A stretch of 34,777 nt of DNA from a bacterium (GCA_021782175.1 JAJXVL010000003.1:1-34777); one strand, 5' to 3'; positions 1 to 8,633 are shown, counted from the stretch's first letter. Notes: generated from the letters alone by a model not told the origin. Program-made: numbers and translations.

Positions 1-13
1 AATCCGCAAAGCT

Positions 14-523
14 ATGAACAATTTAAAGCGCTTATTGACGCAGCCGCTCGCTGAAGTCGGCTCAGTCGTCCTGGGGATTTTCCTCCTGGTCGCGATTATC
101 GGTTTTGCCGACGCTTCCTATCTGACCGTGGAGCATTATCTCGGCGTAGTGCCGCCATGTACTCTCGAACAGGGTTGTGAAGTCGTCCTGACCAGTGGCT
201 ATTCCGTGCTTTTTGGTGTGCCAACTTCACTCCTGGGGGCTCTGTATTATCTAGCAGTGGCGACCGGCGCTTTTTTCTATCTGGAGTCCAAACATGGCCA
301 AGGAAAGGTGGCAGCTCATCATAGTGCCATCCTCCGGTGGACGCTTGTGGCCACCGCTCTCGGTTTCGGCATGTCTCTGTGGTTTGTTTATCTGCAGCTC
401 TTCATCCTCCACTCCATCTGCGTGTACTGCATGGGTTCGGCTACGAGCTCAACCGTCCTGTTCCTCCTGGCTCTCTGGATGCTGCACAAGCACACTTCCC
501 AAAATCATGAAAAACAAAATTGA
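14..523 (+). CDS. Vitamin K epoxide reductase (VKOR) family disulfide-bond formation membrane protein
   Basis: Multiple TM helices, loop cysteines (PPCTLEQGCEVVLTSGYSVLFGVP) and the active-site CxxC (ICVYC). Confidence 0.9.
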   Translation: MNNLKRLLTQPLAEVGSVVLGIFLLVAIIGFADASYLTVEHYLGVVPPCTLEQGCEVVLTSGYSVLFGVPTSLLGALYYLAVATGAFFYLESKHGQGKVAAHHSAILRWTLVATALGFGMSLWFVYLQLFILHSICVYCMGSATSSTVLFLLALWMLHKHTSQNHEKQN

Positions 524-1382
524 AGTTCTCGCGACCAACGGCAGTGCCGACTATGAACTGATCGACTCCGGCGAGGGTGAGAAGCTCGAACGGTACGGCC
601 AGTATCTGCTCGCCCGGCCGGATCCGCAGGCTCTGTGGGCCAAGCGCCAAACAGCGGCTGTCTGGAAAAAAGCCGATGCCTACTTCATTCGTGATAGCGA
701 CAAAGCCGAATGGACTTTCCGTGGCCAGGTGCCGCCGGAATGGCCGATTGATTTTGGTGGTCTGCGCATGCTTATCAAACCTTCGGCTTTCAAACATACC
801 GGCCTTTTTCCGGAACAGGCGGCCAACTGGGATTGGTTGCGTCAAAAAATCGCCGGTCATAGCGATATTGAGGTTTTGAATCTCTTCGGTTATACCGGCG
901 GTGCTTCGCTAGCTTGCGCGGAAGCCGGCGCCAAAGTGGTCCATATCGATGGTTCGCGCGCGGCCGTGACTTGGGCTCGTGAAAACGCCTCTCTCTCCGG
1001 CCTCGCGGAAAAGCCGATCCGTTGGATTATTGAGGATGCCCGACTCTTCGTGGAGAGGGAAATCCGACGGGGCCGACACTATGACGGCATCATCATGGAT
1101 CCGCCGGCTTTCGGGCACGGTCCGGACAAGGAACTTTGGAAAATTGAGGAAGATCTCCTGCCGCTCATCGAGAACTGCCGGAAACTCTTGAAGCCCAACC
1201 CCCGCTTCTTCCTCATCAACGGTTATGCGGCCGGCTATTCAGCTGTGGCTTATCAGAATATTTTGCGACCACTAGAAGAACAGTTTGGCGGAAAAACAGA
1301 GATAGGGGAGCTGACCATCGCCGAGAAGGATAGTGAGCGACTCTTGCCTTGCGGTATCTTTGCCCGCTGGTCGGCCAAATAA
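507..1382 (+). CDS. Class I SAM-dependent methyltransferase, RlmI/RlmK-like (COG1092)
   Basis: YELIDSGEGEKLERYG, FKHTGLFPEQ, VLNLFGYTGG and DPPAF motifs. Start moved to ATG 507, which overlaps the VKOR end; the ORF-track extension from 294 looks non-coding. Confidence 0.85.
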   Translation: MKNKIEVLATNGSADYELIDSGEGEKLERYGQYLLARPDPQALWAKRQTAAVWKKADAYFIRDSDKAEWTFRGQVPPEWPIDFGGLRMLIKPSAFKHTGLFPEQAANWDWLRQKIAGHSDIEVLNLFGYTGGASLACAEAGAKVVHIDGSRAAVTWARENASLSGLAEKPIRWIIEDARLFVEREIRRGRHYDGIIMDPPAFGHGPDKELWKIEEDLLPLIENCRKLLKPNPRFFLINGYAAGYSAVAYQNILRPLEEQFGGKTEIGELTIAEKDSERLLPCGIFARWSAK

Positions 1383-1403
1383 TCCAGGCCAGCCAAAAGT
1401 AAA

Positions 1404-1432
1404 ATAAAAAAGCGCCGCCGATTGGCCGCGCT
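1404..1432 (-). terminator. Intrinsic terminator for the 1469..2005 gene
   Basis: Minus strand reads AGCGCGGCCAATCGGCGGCGCT followed by TTTTTAT. Confidence 0.55.
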
Positions 1433-1468
1433 AGAAAACTCTCGAACGATCCTCATTCCGAAACCGAT

Positions 1469-2005
1469 TCAATGTCGGAGCAATATCCGGATGTCCGTGA
1501 TGATCTCCGTGAAGTTGCGTGTAGAACGCTCCTCGAAGTCCTCCACATCATCCTTCTCAAATGGTACATACCAGAAGGCTTCGCGTCGCCCTTCTTTCCT
1601 TTCAGAAAGAGGGTCCATCATGGCGATAATGTGATCATAGATGGGCACATGCATGGCCCTGATGACCACATCGCAAACATACCCTCTGGCCTCAGAGTCG
1701 GCTCGTTGTGTCCTGTGAGAGAGATGCATCCCGTTGTCATCGGGGTAGTTTATTTCACTGAAACTGATCGGCTCCAGCAAATGCTCATCCCTGAACAAGA
1801 ACAAGGAGTATGTTCGCCGATCTGGCCTCAGCTCTCTGATCTGGAAGTTTATCGCGGCCTGTTCTTTTTCGTTGCGTAACATCATTTCGCCCTTCAGGGC
1901 GGGCAGACGCTGTTTACCCATGCAAGTTTTTTCCAACAGGAAGAAATAGCCAAAAGGCCACTCTCTCGAAGGCACGCCTTCCATTTCTTGTGACGCGGTA
2001 CTCAT
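1469..2005 (-). CDS. Hypothetical protein (orphan, 178 aa)
   Basis: Fills the gap between genes, has a strong SD (AAGGAGGT) just upstream of the ATG and a downstream terminator. No recognisable motif. Confidence 0.6.
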   Translation of the reverse strand: MSTASQEMEGVPSREWPFGYFFLLEKTCMGKQRLPALKGEMMLRNEKEQAAINFQIRELRPDRRTYSLFLFRDEHLLEPISFSEINYPDDNGMHLSHRTQRADSEARGYVCDVVIRAMHVPIYDHIIAMMDPLSERKEGRREAFWYVPFEKDDVEDFEERSTRNFTEIITDIRILLRH

Positions 2006-2097
2006 GGTCAGACCTCCTTTTTTTGGTTTTTTGGTACAAATTCAAGAATATCCTACCCTCGACACTGCAAGTAGTCAAAGTGTGTTATCTTATGTCC

Positions 2098-2961
2098 ATG
2101 AGTCATATTATTCTCGATGGTCGCATGGTGCGCGAAGCCAGACTGCCGGCTCTGAAGGAGTTTTTTGGTGGCTTGGCCAAGCCACCAGTCATGACTATTA
2201 TCCAGGTCGGCGATCGGCCTGATTCGACGGCCTTCATCAGAGCCAAGAGTACTTTTGCGACCAAGATCGGCGTGACCGTGAGACATATTCATCTGCCAGA
2301 AAGCATAACCCAAGCGGAACTCCTGGATGTCATTGCCGAAAACAATAGAGCAGTCGATGTTCAAGGGATCATCGTGCAATTACCTCTGCCTTTGTCATTG
2401 GATCAGGAAGCTGTGATTGAAGCTATCGATCCATCCAAGGATGCCGACGGTCTCTCGGCCGCCAATGTCAAACGCTGGCTCTCCGGTCATCCCGCGGCTC
2501 TCTATCCAGCCACTACCCGCGGTGTGCGCGAACTCCTGGCGCATTATCAGATTGAAATTTTTGGACGCAAAGTGGCGATCGTTGGCCGTTCAATGCTGGT
2601 GGGGAAGCCGCTCGCGGCCTGGGCCTTGAATGAGAACGCTACTGTCATCATTTGCCACAGCAAGACATCAGACTTGGTGGCGGAAACCAAACAAGCTGAC
2701 ATCGTGATTGTCGCCGCAGGCCGGCCGGGACTTGTCAGTGCCAAGCATCTCAAACCAGGAGCGGTCGTTGTGGATGTGGGAATCAATACGATTCAAGGAG
2801 AAAAACTCGAGGAAGAAGTCGGTCGGCGACTGGTCGGTGATGTGGATTTCGATTCGGCTAGCACGGTAGTTTCGGCGATTTCGCCTGTACCCGGCGGCGT
2901 CGGGCCAATGACGGTCCTGGCCCTTTTCGAAAATTTGGCTGACCTGATCAGGAAGTATTAA
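2098..2961 (+). CDS. folD: Bifunctional methylenetetrahydrofolate dehydrogenase/cyclohydrolase
   Basis: GIIVQLPLP, KDADG, VGRSMLVGKP, DVGIN, LVGDVDF, SPVPGGVGPMT. Start is 2098 (alternative 2092), just after an extended -10 (TG-T-TATCTT). Confidence 0.95.
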   Translation: MSHIILDGRMVREARLPALKEFFGGLAKPPVMTIIQVGDRPDSTAFIRAKSTFATKIGVTVRHIHLPESITQAELLDVIAENNRAVDVQGIIVQLPLPLSLDQEAVIEAIDPSKDADGLSAANVKRWLSGHPAALYPATTRGVRELLAHYQIEIFGRKVAIVGRSMLVGKPLAAWALNENATVIICHSKTSDLVAETKQADIVIVAAGRPGLVSAKHLKPGAVVVDVGINTIQGEKLEEEVGRRLVGDVDFDSASTVVSAISPVPGGVGPMTVLALFENLADLIRKY

Positions 2962-3010
2962 AGGATCACGCCTTCTTCCTCACACACGATCCTTGATCAG
3001 AGACGCGAGA

Positions 3011-3112
3011 GAGCCCTAGCATATCCTTTTGTACCAAAGCCGAAGGTCGTGCCGAAACAATCGATGAAGGTCCGGCAGGTTCGTTTTGGTACAAAAGGAT
3101 ATGCTAGGGCTC
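3011..3112. repeat. Long inverted repeat with perfect 28-bp arms between convergent folD and pilin genes
   Basis: GAGCCCTAGCATATCCTTTTGTACCAAA (3011-3038) pairs with TTTGGTACAAAAGGATATGCTAGGGCTC (3085-3112). There is an inner TGCCG/CGGCA stem. Confidence 0.9.
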
Positions 3113-3166
3113 AGCACCCAATGCTTCCGGTGATTCTGGTGTTGATGAAGAATGATGGCACACCTC

Positions 3167-3745
3167 CTAACTACCATTAGCTGTGCTATCACCCGCGCAA
3201 CCAGGTTGATTCCAATTATCTGGGCAACTTCCAGCATTGCATTGCTCGCTTTGGGAAGAGGCATTATTGCTGCCAATACAATAAAAGATTCCCTTATAAG
3301 GTAACCAAACCAGAAGTGACAGGCGAGGATAAGTCGGTGCCCCCCAGGAACTTTCCCAGAAGGTATAACCACCATCGGCACCATTCTCGAGATTGGCAAT
3401 CTTCTGGCAGGCCGCGATAAGGGCAGCCTGGTTCGAAGTGCCAGAATAATAACTGGAACAAGTGCTGGCGTCGCCGGGCCAGAGCGACGCATAGTGAGCT
3501 GAATAATTCTGGGTCGACAGGGAATCAGCCTGAGCCATGCGCATCATCGAAATGGCAGTCTCGATGATTGAAGTATCATTGGCTTTGCCGCGGGCGCTAT
3601 TCAGAGAGACCAAGATGACTGAAGCCAAAATAGCGATGATGGAGATGACCACCAGAAGTTCAATGAGCGTAAAACCACGACGCCATCCAGTCTCGGGCTG
3701 AAGTTGTCTTATTGCTCGAAAGTCGCGGGGACGATAGAATATCAT
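3167..3745 (-). CDS. Type IV pilin / prepilin N-terminal methylation domain protein
   Basis: RRG|FTLIELLVVISIIAILASVILVSLNSARGKA class III signal and a Cys-containing globular C-terminus. Confidence 0.88.
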   Translation of the reverse strand: MIFYRPRDFRAIRQLQPETGWRRGFTLIELLVVISIIAILASVILVSLNSARGKANDTSIIETAISMMRMAQADSLSTQNYSAHYASLWPGDASTCSSYYSGTSNQAALIAACQKIANLENGADGGYTFWESSWGAPTYPRLSLLVWLPYKGIFYCIGSNNASSQSEQCNAGSCPDNWNQPGCAGDSTANGS

Positions 3746-3788
3746 CGAGTCAATTATACATTATTATTAAACTAAGCTAATTAATATC

Positions 3789-4595
3789 ATGCACACTCCT
3801 TCGAAATTTTGGCAGACAGCTATGGCCTTCCTGGCCGCTCTGACGATTTTGGCCCTGGTCTTCATCGTCAAAGAGATCAAGGCTATTGGCTATGTCGGAG
3901 CCAATCCCAATCAGACCAATACTATTACAGTCAGTGGTACTGGTGACGCTTTTGCCGCGCCGGATGTGGCCACTTTTACTTTCACGGTGACACAGACCGC
4001 CAAGACGGTGGCTGATGCCCAGACCGCGGCTACCAGTAAGATCAATGCCGCTCTCAAAGCTGTCCGCGACGGCGGCGTGGCTGACAAGGATATCTCCACG
4101 CAGTCCTACAATATCAACCCGCATTATGAGTATCAGAATGCTGTTTGTCCGGCTTCGACCACTGTCGGCGGTACGACTTATTGTCCGCCTGGTCGTCAGG
4201 TCTTGACCGGTTATGATGTCTCGGAAACGGTTCAGGTCAAGGTTCGTGATTTGAGCCAGGCTGGCACGCTCTTCTCGGCCATTGGGGCCTTGAATGTGGA
4301 GAGCGTCAATGGTCTGACTTTCTCGGTGGATGATCCGACGGCTGTCCAGGCCGAGGCCCGCGCCAAGGCTATCGCTGACGCCAGGACCAAGGCCAAGGAA
4401 TTGGCGGAGCAGCTCGGTGTCGAGCTCGGTCCGGTCATGAGCTTCTCAGAGAATAATGGTTCGTACCCGCGGCCCATGGTCTACGGTATGGGTGTATCTG
4501 ATGTGATGTCATCCAAGGCAGTGATGGCTCCGGAAGTACCGACCGGTGAACAGAAGGTGACTGACAATGTCTCGATCACTTATGGGATTGAGTAG
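3789..4595 (+). CDS. SIMPL domain (DUF541) protein
   Basis: N-terminal TM, TITVSGTG..APDVA, DISTQSYNINP, ARAKAIADARTKAKELAEQLGVELG, GEQKVTDNVSITY. Confidence 0.9.
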   Translation: MHTPSKFWQTAMAFLAALTILALVFIVKEIKAIGYVGANPNQTNTITVSGTGDAFAAPDVATFTFTVTQTAKTVADAQTAATSKINAALKAVRDGGVADKDISTQSYNINPHYEYQNAVCPASTTVGGTTYCPPGRQVLTGYDVSETVQVKVRDLSQAGTLFSAIGALNVESVNGLTFSVDDPTAVQAEARAKAIADARTKAKELAEQLGVELGPVMSFSENNGSYPRPMVYGMGVSDVMSSKAVMAPEVPTGEQKVTDNVSITYGIE

Positions 4596-4619
4596 TTTGT
4601 AATCACTCAAATTCGAGCA

Positions 4620-4652
4620 AAAAGCCCCGCGACCAAAAAGCGCGGGTTTTTT
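4620..4652 (+). terminator. Intrinsic terminator after the SIMPL gene
   Basis: CCCGCG (4626-4631) / CGCGGG (4641-4646) stem followed by TTTTTT. Confidence 0.7.
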
Positions 4653-4691
4653 GTTGATTGATTGGTCAGTAGGGTCTTCGATAACGTTGTG

Positions 4692-4720
4692 TTGACGACC
4701 CCGCCAAACGGGTGTATTAT
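4692..4720 (+). promoter_or_regulatory. Sigma70-type promoter for secE-nusG-rplK
   Basis: TTGACG (4692-4697), 17 nt, TATTAT (4715-4720). Confidence 0.7.
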
Positions 4721-4764
4721 ATTGTTTGTAAGGCCCCGCAGGGGTTTTTTAATACTCCAAAAAC

Positions 4765-4944
4765 ATGGGAATCAATCAATACATCAAGGACACACAAGCA
4801 GAGATGAGTCATGTCAACTGGCCGACCAGGGAACAGACCATCGTCTTCACGGTCGAGGTCATCGTTATTTCTATTGCCACTGCCATCTTGCTCGGTGTTT
4901 CCGATTTTGTCTTTTCCAAGTTGCTCACGCTGCTTTTCCATTAA
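4765..4944 (+). CDS. secE: Preprotein translocase subunit SecE (59 aa, absent from the ORF track)
   Basis: Manual translation MGINQYIKDTQAEMSHVNWPTREQTIVFTVEVIVISIATAILLGVSDFVFSKLLTLLFH. Has the EMxxVxWPT motif and one TM, and lies directly upstream of nusG. Confidence 0.93.
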   Translation: MGINQYIKDTQAEMSHVNWPTREQTIVFTVEVIVISIATAILLGVSDFVFSKLLTLLFH

Positions 4945-4965
4945 TAGATCCATTTTTCCAAGACT

Positions 4966-5511
4966 ATGGCCAAACAACAAATCACTGGCGAGCGCAATTG
5001 GTACGCCATCCATACTTATGCCGGCTATGAGAATGCCGTGGCGCGCAATCTGAAGCAGCGCATCGAGTCTCTCGGCATGGACGACAAGATCTTTGCCGTA
5101 GTGGTACCGACCGAGAAGAAGATCAAGGTCAAGAGCGGCAAGCGCGTCGAAGAAGAAGAGAAGATCTACCCGGGTTATGTTCTGGTGGATATGGTGGTGA
5201 CGGATGATTCCTGGTATGTGGTACGCAACACGCCGCGCGTGACCGGCTTCGTCGGATCAGGCGTCTTCCCGGTGCCACTCGACAAGGCCGAAGTTGATTC
5301 TCTCTTTGCCCGTATGAATAGCTCTGAGACGGAACATGCGATCGACCTGGTGCCCGGGGACTTGGTCAAGGTCGCTGACGGACCCTTCAAGGATTTCGAG
5401 GGCAAGGTTGGCGAGGTTGATACTCAGCGCGGCAAGATCAAGGTCTTGGTCTCAATGTTCGGCCGCGAAACGCCGGTCGAGCTCGATTTCTTGCAAGTCA
5501 AGAAGGTATAA
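4966..5511 (+). CDS. nusG: Transcription termination/antitermination factor NusG
   Basis: WYAIHTYAGYE, YPGYVLV, VRNTPRVTGFVG, KOW motif DGPFKDFEG, FGRETPVELDF. Confidence 0.98.
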   Translation: MAKQQITGERNWYAIHTYAGYENAVARNLKQRIESLGMDDKIFAVVVPTEKKIKVKSGKRVEEEEKIYPGYVLVDMVVTDDSWYVVRNTPRVTGFVGSGVFPVPLDKAEVDSLFARMNSSETEHAIDLVPGDLVKVADGPFKDFEGKVGEVDTQRGKIKVLVSMFGRETPVELDFLQVKKV

Positions 5512-5560
5512 GCTAAGGTATATGGCGCTGCTTCAATAAGTTTCGCTTCCAATCAATAAT

Positions 5561-5983
5561 ATGGCCAAGAAAATCATCAAGAAAGTCAAAGTGATCGCTC
5601 CGGCCGGCAAAGCTACGCCGGCCCCACCACTCGGTCCGACCCTCGGTCAGGCCGGTGTGAATATCGGTGACTTCACCAAGAAGTTCAACGACGCCACCAA
5701 GGCGATGGGTAACGATATGATCCCGGTGGTCATCTCTGTATACGAAGATCGTACTTACGATTTTGTCCTGAAAACGCCGCCGACATCGAGCTTGATCTTG
5801 AAGGCTCTCGGCAAGGAAAAAGGCTCCGGCAAACCGAACCTCTCGAAGATCGGTACTCTCACCAAGGCTCAACTCAAGGAGATTGCTGAGAAGAAGCTGC
5901 CTGACTTGAATGCTACTGACATCGAGGCCGCCATGAAAGTCGTGGCTGGCACGGCTCGTCAGATGGGTGTCGATGTGAAGTAG
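5561..5983 (+). CDS. rplK: 50S ribosomal protein uL11
   Basis: [47 protein letters not shown]. Confidence 0.98.
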   Translation: MAKKIIKKVKVIAPAGKATPAPPLGPTLGQAGVNIGDFTKKFNDATKAMGNDMIPVVISVYEDRTYDFVLKTPPTSSLILKALGKEKGSGKPNLSKIGTLTKAQLKEIAEKKLPDLNATDIEAAMKVVAGTARQMGVDVK

Positions 5984-6034
5984 TGTCTAGATACTTTTTG
6001 ATTAGTTACAAATTGTAGTTTTTCGAGCAAGTAC

Positions 6035-6147
6035 AAAGCAGTCATGAAATTGGTCGAGAGGACCCCACGAGCGCGACTGGCGCGAGTGCAGAGGAATTTC
6101 CCAGCAGGGAAATTCCGTGTCCTCGAGGTCAATTTCATGACTGCTTT
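6035..6147. repeat. Nested inverted-repeat element (18-bp terminal arms, internal 10-bp hairpin); MITE/REP-like or structured RNA
   Basis: AAAGCAGTCATGAAATTG (6035-6052) / CAATTTCATGACTGCTTT (6130-6147). Inside are AGGAC/GTCCT, CGCG/CGCG and GGAATTTCCC-AGCA-GGGAAATTCC (6093-6116). Confidence 0.85.
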
Positions 6148-6188
6148 TGAGCTAAAGATAACTTCCTGGTCGTGAGATCGGAGTTTTT

Positions 6189-6698
6189 TTATTTCTTGAC
6201 CTCGTAAGTGAGGAAAAGGGTACCGGTGGCTGTGCGCTCAGTTTCGATGAGCTCTAAACGAACTTCCGGTATCTCTTCAAAAAGTTTGATGCCGCGACCA
6301 AAGAGGACCGGCTCAATTGTGATATAGAGCCGGTCGATGAGGCCAGCTTTGAGGAAGAGGGTATAGATAGAGGCGCCGCCGCAGATAGCTACTTCACGGA
6401 AGCCGCGGTCTTCGAGTTCATGGAGCAATTCGGCTGGAGTCTTGTTCGTTGTCTCCACACCAGCCGGTAAATCAGTGAACTGCCGGCGGCTGTAGACAAT
6501 ATTCAGCCGCTCCTTGAGCGGCCGACTACCGAAAGTCTGCCAAGTCTTGGATCCCATGATACAAACGCCCGCTGCCTTGGTCAGAGAGACGAAGCGAGTC
6601 TTGTCCTCCGGACTGGTCCAGGCTGTCGAAGGAGCCGTGGAATCCCTAGCGATGAAGCCGTCAGCGGAGAGGGCGGCGATCAGGAATGCTTTTATCAT
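6189..6698 (-). CDS. folA: Dihydrofolate reductase family protein
   Basis: IAALSADGFIA, CIMGSKTW, PLKERLNIVYSR, ICGGASIY, DRLYITI. Context next to thyA supports DHFR over a stand-alone RibD-C domain. Confidence 0.8.
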   Translation of the reverse strand: MIKAFLIAALSADGFIARDSTAPSTAWTSPEDKTRFVSLTKAAGVCIMGSKTWQTFGSRPLKERLNIVYSRRQFTDLPAGVETTNKTPAELLHELEDRGFREVAICGGASIYTLFLKAGLIDRLYITIEPVLFGRGIKLFEEIPEVRLELIETERTATGTLFLTYEVKK

Positions 6699-6736
6699 TG
6701 AGATGTATTATACTATTTTTTGTAATCATCACTACT

Positions 6737-7270
6737 ATGAAGAATGAAGAACACAAATACCACCGACCGTCCTGGGATGAATATTTCATGTCGATCGCTG
6801 AGCTAGTCGGTAGTCGCGGCACTTGTGATCGTGGTCGCTCCGGCTGTGTCATTGTCAGGGACAAACGTATCTTGGTGACGGGCTATGTCGGCTCACCGGC
6901 TGGTCTGCCGCATTGTGATGAAGTCGGTCACGAAATGCACAAGGTGGTCAACGAGGATGGCTCCACTTCTGAGCACTGTATCCGCACCGCTCACGCCGAG
7001 CAGAATGCTATTGCCCAAGCCGCCAAGATCGGCATTTCGGTGGATGGCGCCACGGTCTATTGTCACATGACGCCTTGCTATACCTGCGCCAAGATCCTGA
7101 TCAACGCCGGCATCAAGAAGGTCGTGGCCGCCAAGGACTATCATGCCAGCAAACGTACCAAGGAGATTTTCGAAGCCTGTGGTCTGAAATTGCAGATCGT
7201 CAACAAGGAAGTAGAGAACTACAACCAAGATCGTTTTGCCGCCAAAGTGGAAGAAGCCGCCCAGAAATAA
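6737..7270 (+). CDS. Deoxycytidylate (dCMP) deaminase, ComEB-like
   Basis: RPSWDEYFM, HAEQNAI and PCYTC zinc-deaminase motifs. Start set at ATG 6737. Confidence 0.92.
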   Translation: MKNEEHKYHRPSWDEYFMSIAELVGSRGTCDRGRSGCVIVRDKRILVTGYVGSPAGLPHCDEVGHEMHKVVNEDGSTSEHCIRTAHAEQNAIAQAAKIGISVDGATVYCHMTPCYTCAKILINAGIKKVVAAKDYHASKRTKEIFEACGLKLQIVNKEVENYNQDRFAAKVEEAAQK

Positions 7271-7279
7271 TCAGCTCAG

Positions 7280-7702
7280 ATGAAAATCCGCATCAAAAAA
7301 CTTCATCCTGACGCGCAGATTCCGCAGTATGCCAATCCGGGCGATGCAGGCATGGACCTCTTCACAGTAGAACCCTTTGAGCTAGAGCCGGGCGAACGCA
7401 AATCAGTGCCCCTCGGTCTGGCTCTGGAAATTCCAGACGGTTATGTGGGTCTGATCTGGGACAAGAGCGGCCTTTCCCACAAGTATGGTCTCAAGAACTT
7501 TGGCGGCGTGATCGATTCCGGTTATCGCGGGGAAGTGCATGCCGGCATCATGAATCTCTCAGACAAATATTTCAGTTTTGAAAAAGGCCACAAGATCGCC
7601 CAACTCCTGATCCAAAAAGTAGACCGGATCTCCTTCGAGGAAGCCGAATCTCTCTCAGAAACTTCGCGTGGTCAGAACGGTTTTGGTAGCAGTGGCCGCT
7701 AA
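7280..7702 (+). CDS. dut: dUTP diphosphatase (trimeric)
   Basis: GDAGMDL, KSGL, GVIDSGYRGE, IAQL, RGQNGFGSSG (all five motifs). Confidence 0.97.
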   Translation: MKIRIKKLHPDAQIPQYANPGDAGMDLFTVEPFELEPGERKSVPLGLALEIPDGYVGLIWDKSGLSHKYGLKNFGGVIDSGYRGEVHAGIMNLSDKYFSFEKGHKIAQLLIQKVDRISFEEAESLSETSRGQNGFGSSGR

Positions 7703-7711
7703 ACAAAAGCT

Positions 7712-8560
7712 CTAGACAGCCATTTTGGCCTTGATCGGCGGATGGTGCTGGTAGTTTTCTAGCTTGACCCAGTTGTAGATATCATCTGGTGTCTGGAGTT
7801 TTTGCACCTCTATATCAGAGAGGCTCTTGAGTTCCGGATTGAGCCAGAGCTTGGGCAGAGGTAGAGGTTCGCGGGAGAGCTGCTCCTTCACGGCCTCGAA
7901 ATGATCATGATAGATGTGGACATCGCCGAGAGTCAGGATGAGCTCGTCCGCTATGAGGCCGGTCATCTGAGCTACGAGGTGGAGCATCAGAGCGTAGGAA
8001 GCGATATTGAAAGGCACCCCCAGGAACATGTCACAGCTACGCTGGAACATGTGCAGGGAGAGCTTGCCGTTGGTCACGAAGAATTGGTAGATGATGTGGC
8101 AGGGCGGCAGAGCCATCTCATCCAGCTCCCCGGGGTTCCAGGCTGTGACGATCAAACGGCGGTCATTGGGATCTTTTTTGATTTTCTCAATTACCTGGGC
8201 GATCTGATCCACGGTGGTGCCGTCCGGTTTGCGCCAGGATCGCCATTGGACGCCGTAGATGCGACCGAGGTCACCATCGAATTTGGCTTTGGGTTTCCAA
8301 TAATCAGCGTTGGCATTGGCTGTCCAGATTTCGCAGCCAAGTTTCCTGAGAACATTGTTGTCGCTGTTGCCGGACATGAACCAGAAGAGTTCCGCGGCTA
8401 CACTGCGGAAAGCCAGCTTCTTGGTGGTGGTGGCGGGGAATCCGTCAGCCATGCGGAAACGTAGCTGTTTGGTGAATAGGCCTCTGGTCCAGCCATTGCG
8501 GCCTTCACGATCGGCACCGGTCTCCATAATCTCTCTGAGAAGTGAGTTGTAGTTGGTCAT
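7712..8560 (-). CDS. thyA: Thymidylate synthase
   Basis: GDLGRIYGVQWRSW, RRLIVTAWNP, MALPPCH, QRSCDMFLGVPFNIASY, GDVHIY, IKAKMAV. Start set at 8560 (MTNYNSLL). Confidence 0.97.
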   Translation of the reverse strand: MTNYNSLLREIMETGADREGRNGWTRGLFTKQLRFRMADGFPATTTKKLAFRSVAAELFWFMSGNSDNNVLRKLGCEIWTANANADYWKPKAKFDGDLGRIYGVQWRSWRKPDGTTVDQIAQVIEKIKKDPNDRRLIVTAWNPGELDEMALPPCHIIYQFFVTNGKLSLHMFQRSCDMFLGVPFNIASYALMLHLVAQMTGLIADELILTLGDVHIYHDHFEAVKEQLSREPLPLPKLWLNPELKSLSDIEVQKLQTPDDIYNWVKLENYQHHPPIKAKMAV

Positions 8561-8633
8561 GGACTTATTATACCTGCTTGTTTTGTTTTTGGCAGTTGCT
8601 CTGTTAGGATTATTCCAGAAAATATCACCCACT

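Noticed and set aside
294-506. N-terminal extension of the methyltransferase ORF, and similar extensions on folD, dCMP deaminase, thyA, tmk, argS, AI-2E, ftsK and the wHTH gene
   Set aside because: They overlap neighbouring genes or promoters and precede the recognisable domain starts; the downstream ATGs fit the promoter spacing.
3066-3082. AGGTCCGGCAGG resembling SRP RNA domain IV
   Set aside because: It lacks the following AAGCAGC and is off-centre in the long hairpin, so it does not fit the SRP fold.
4662-5053. ORF-track ORFs 4662..5030, 4717..5013 and 4811..5053
   Set aside because: Shadow frames over the real secE (4765..4944) and its promoter.
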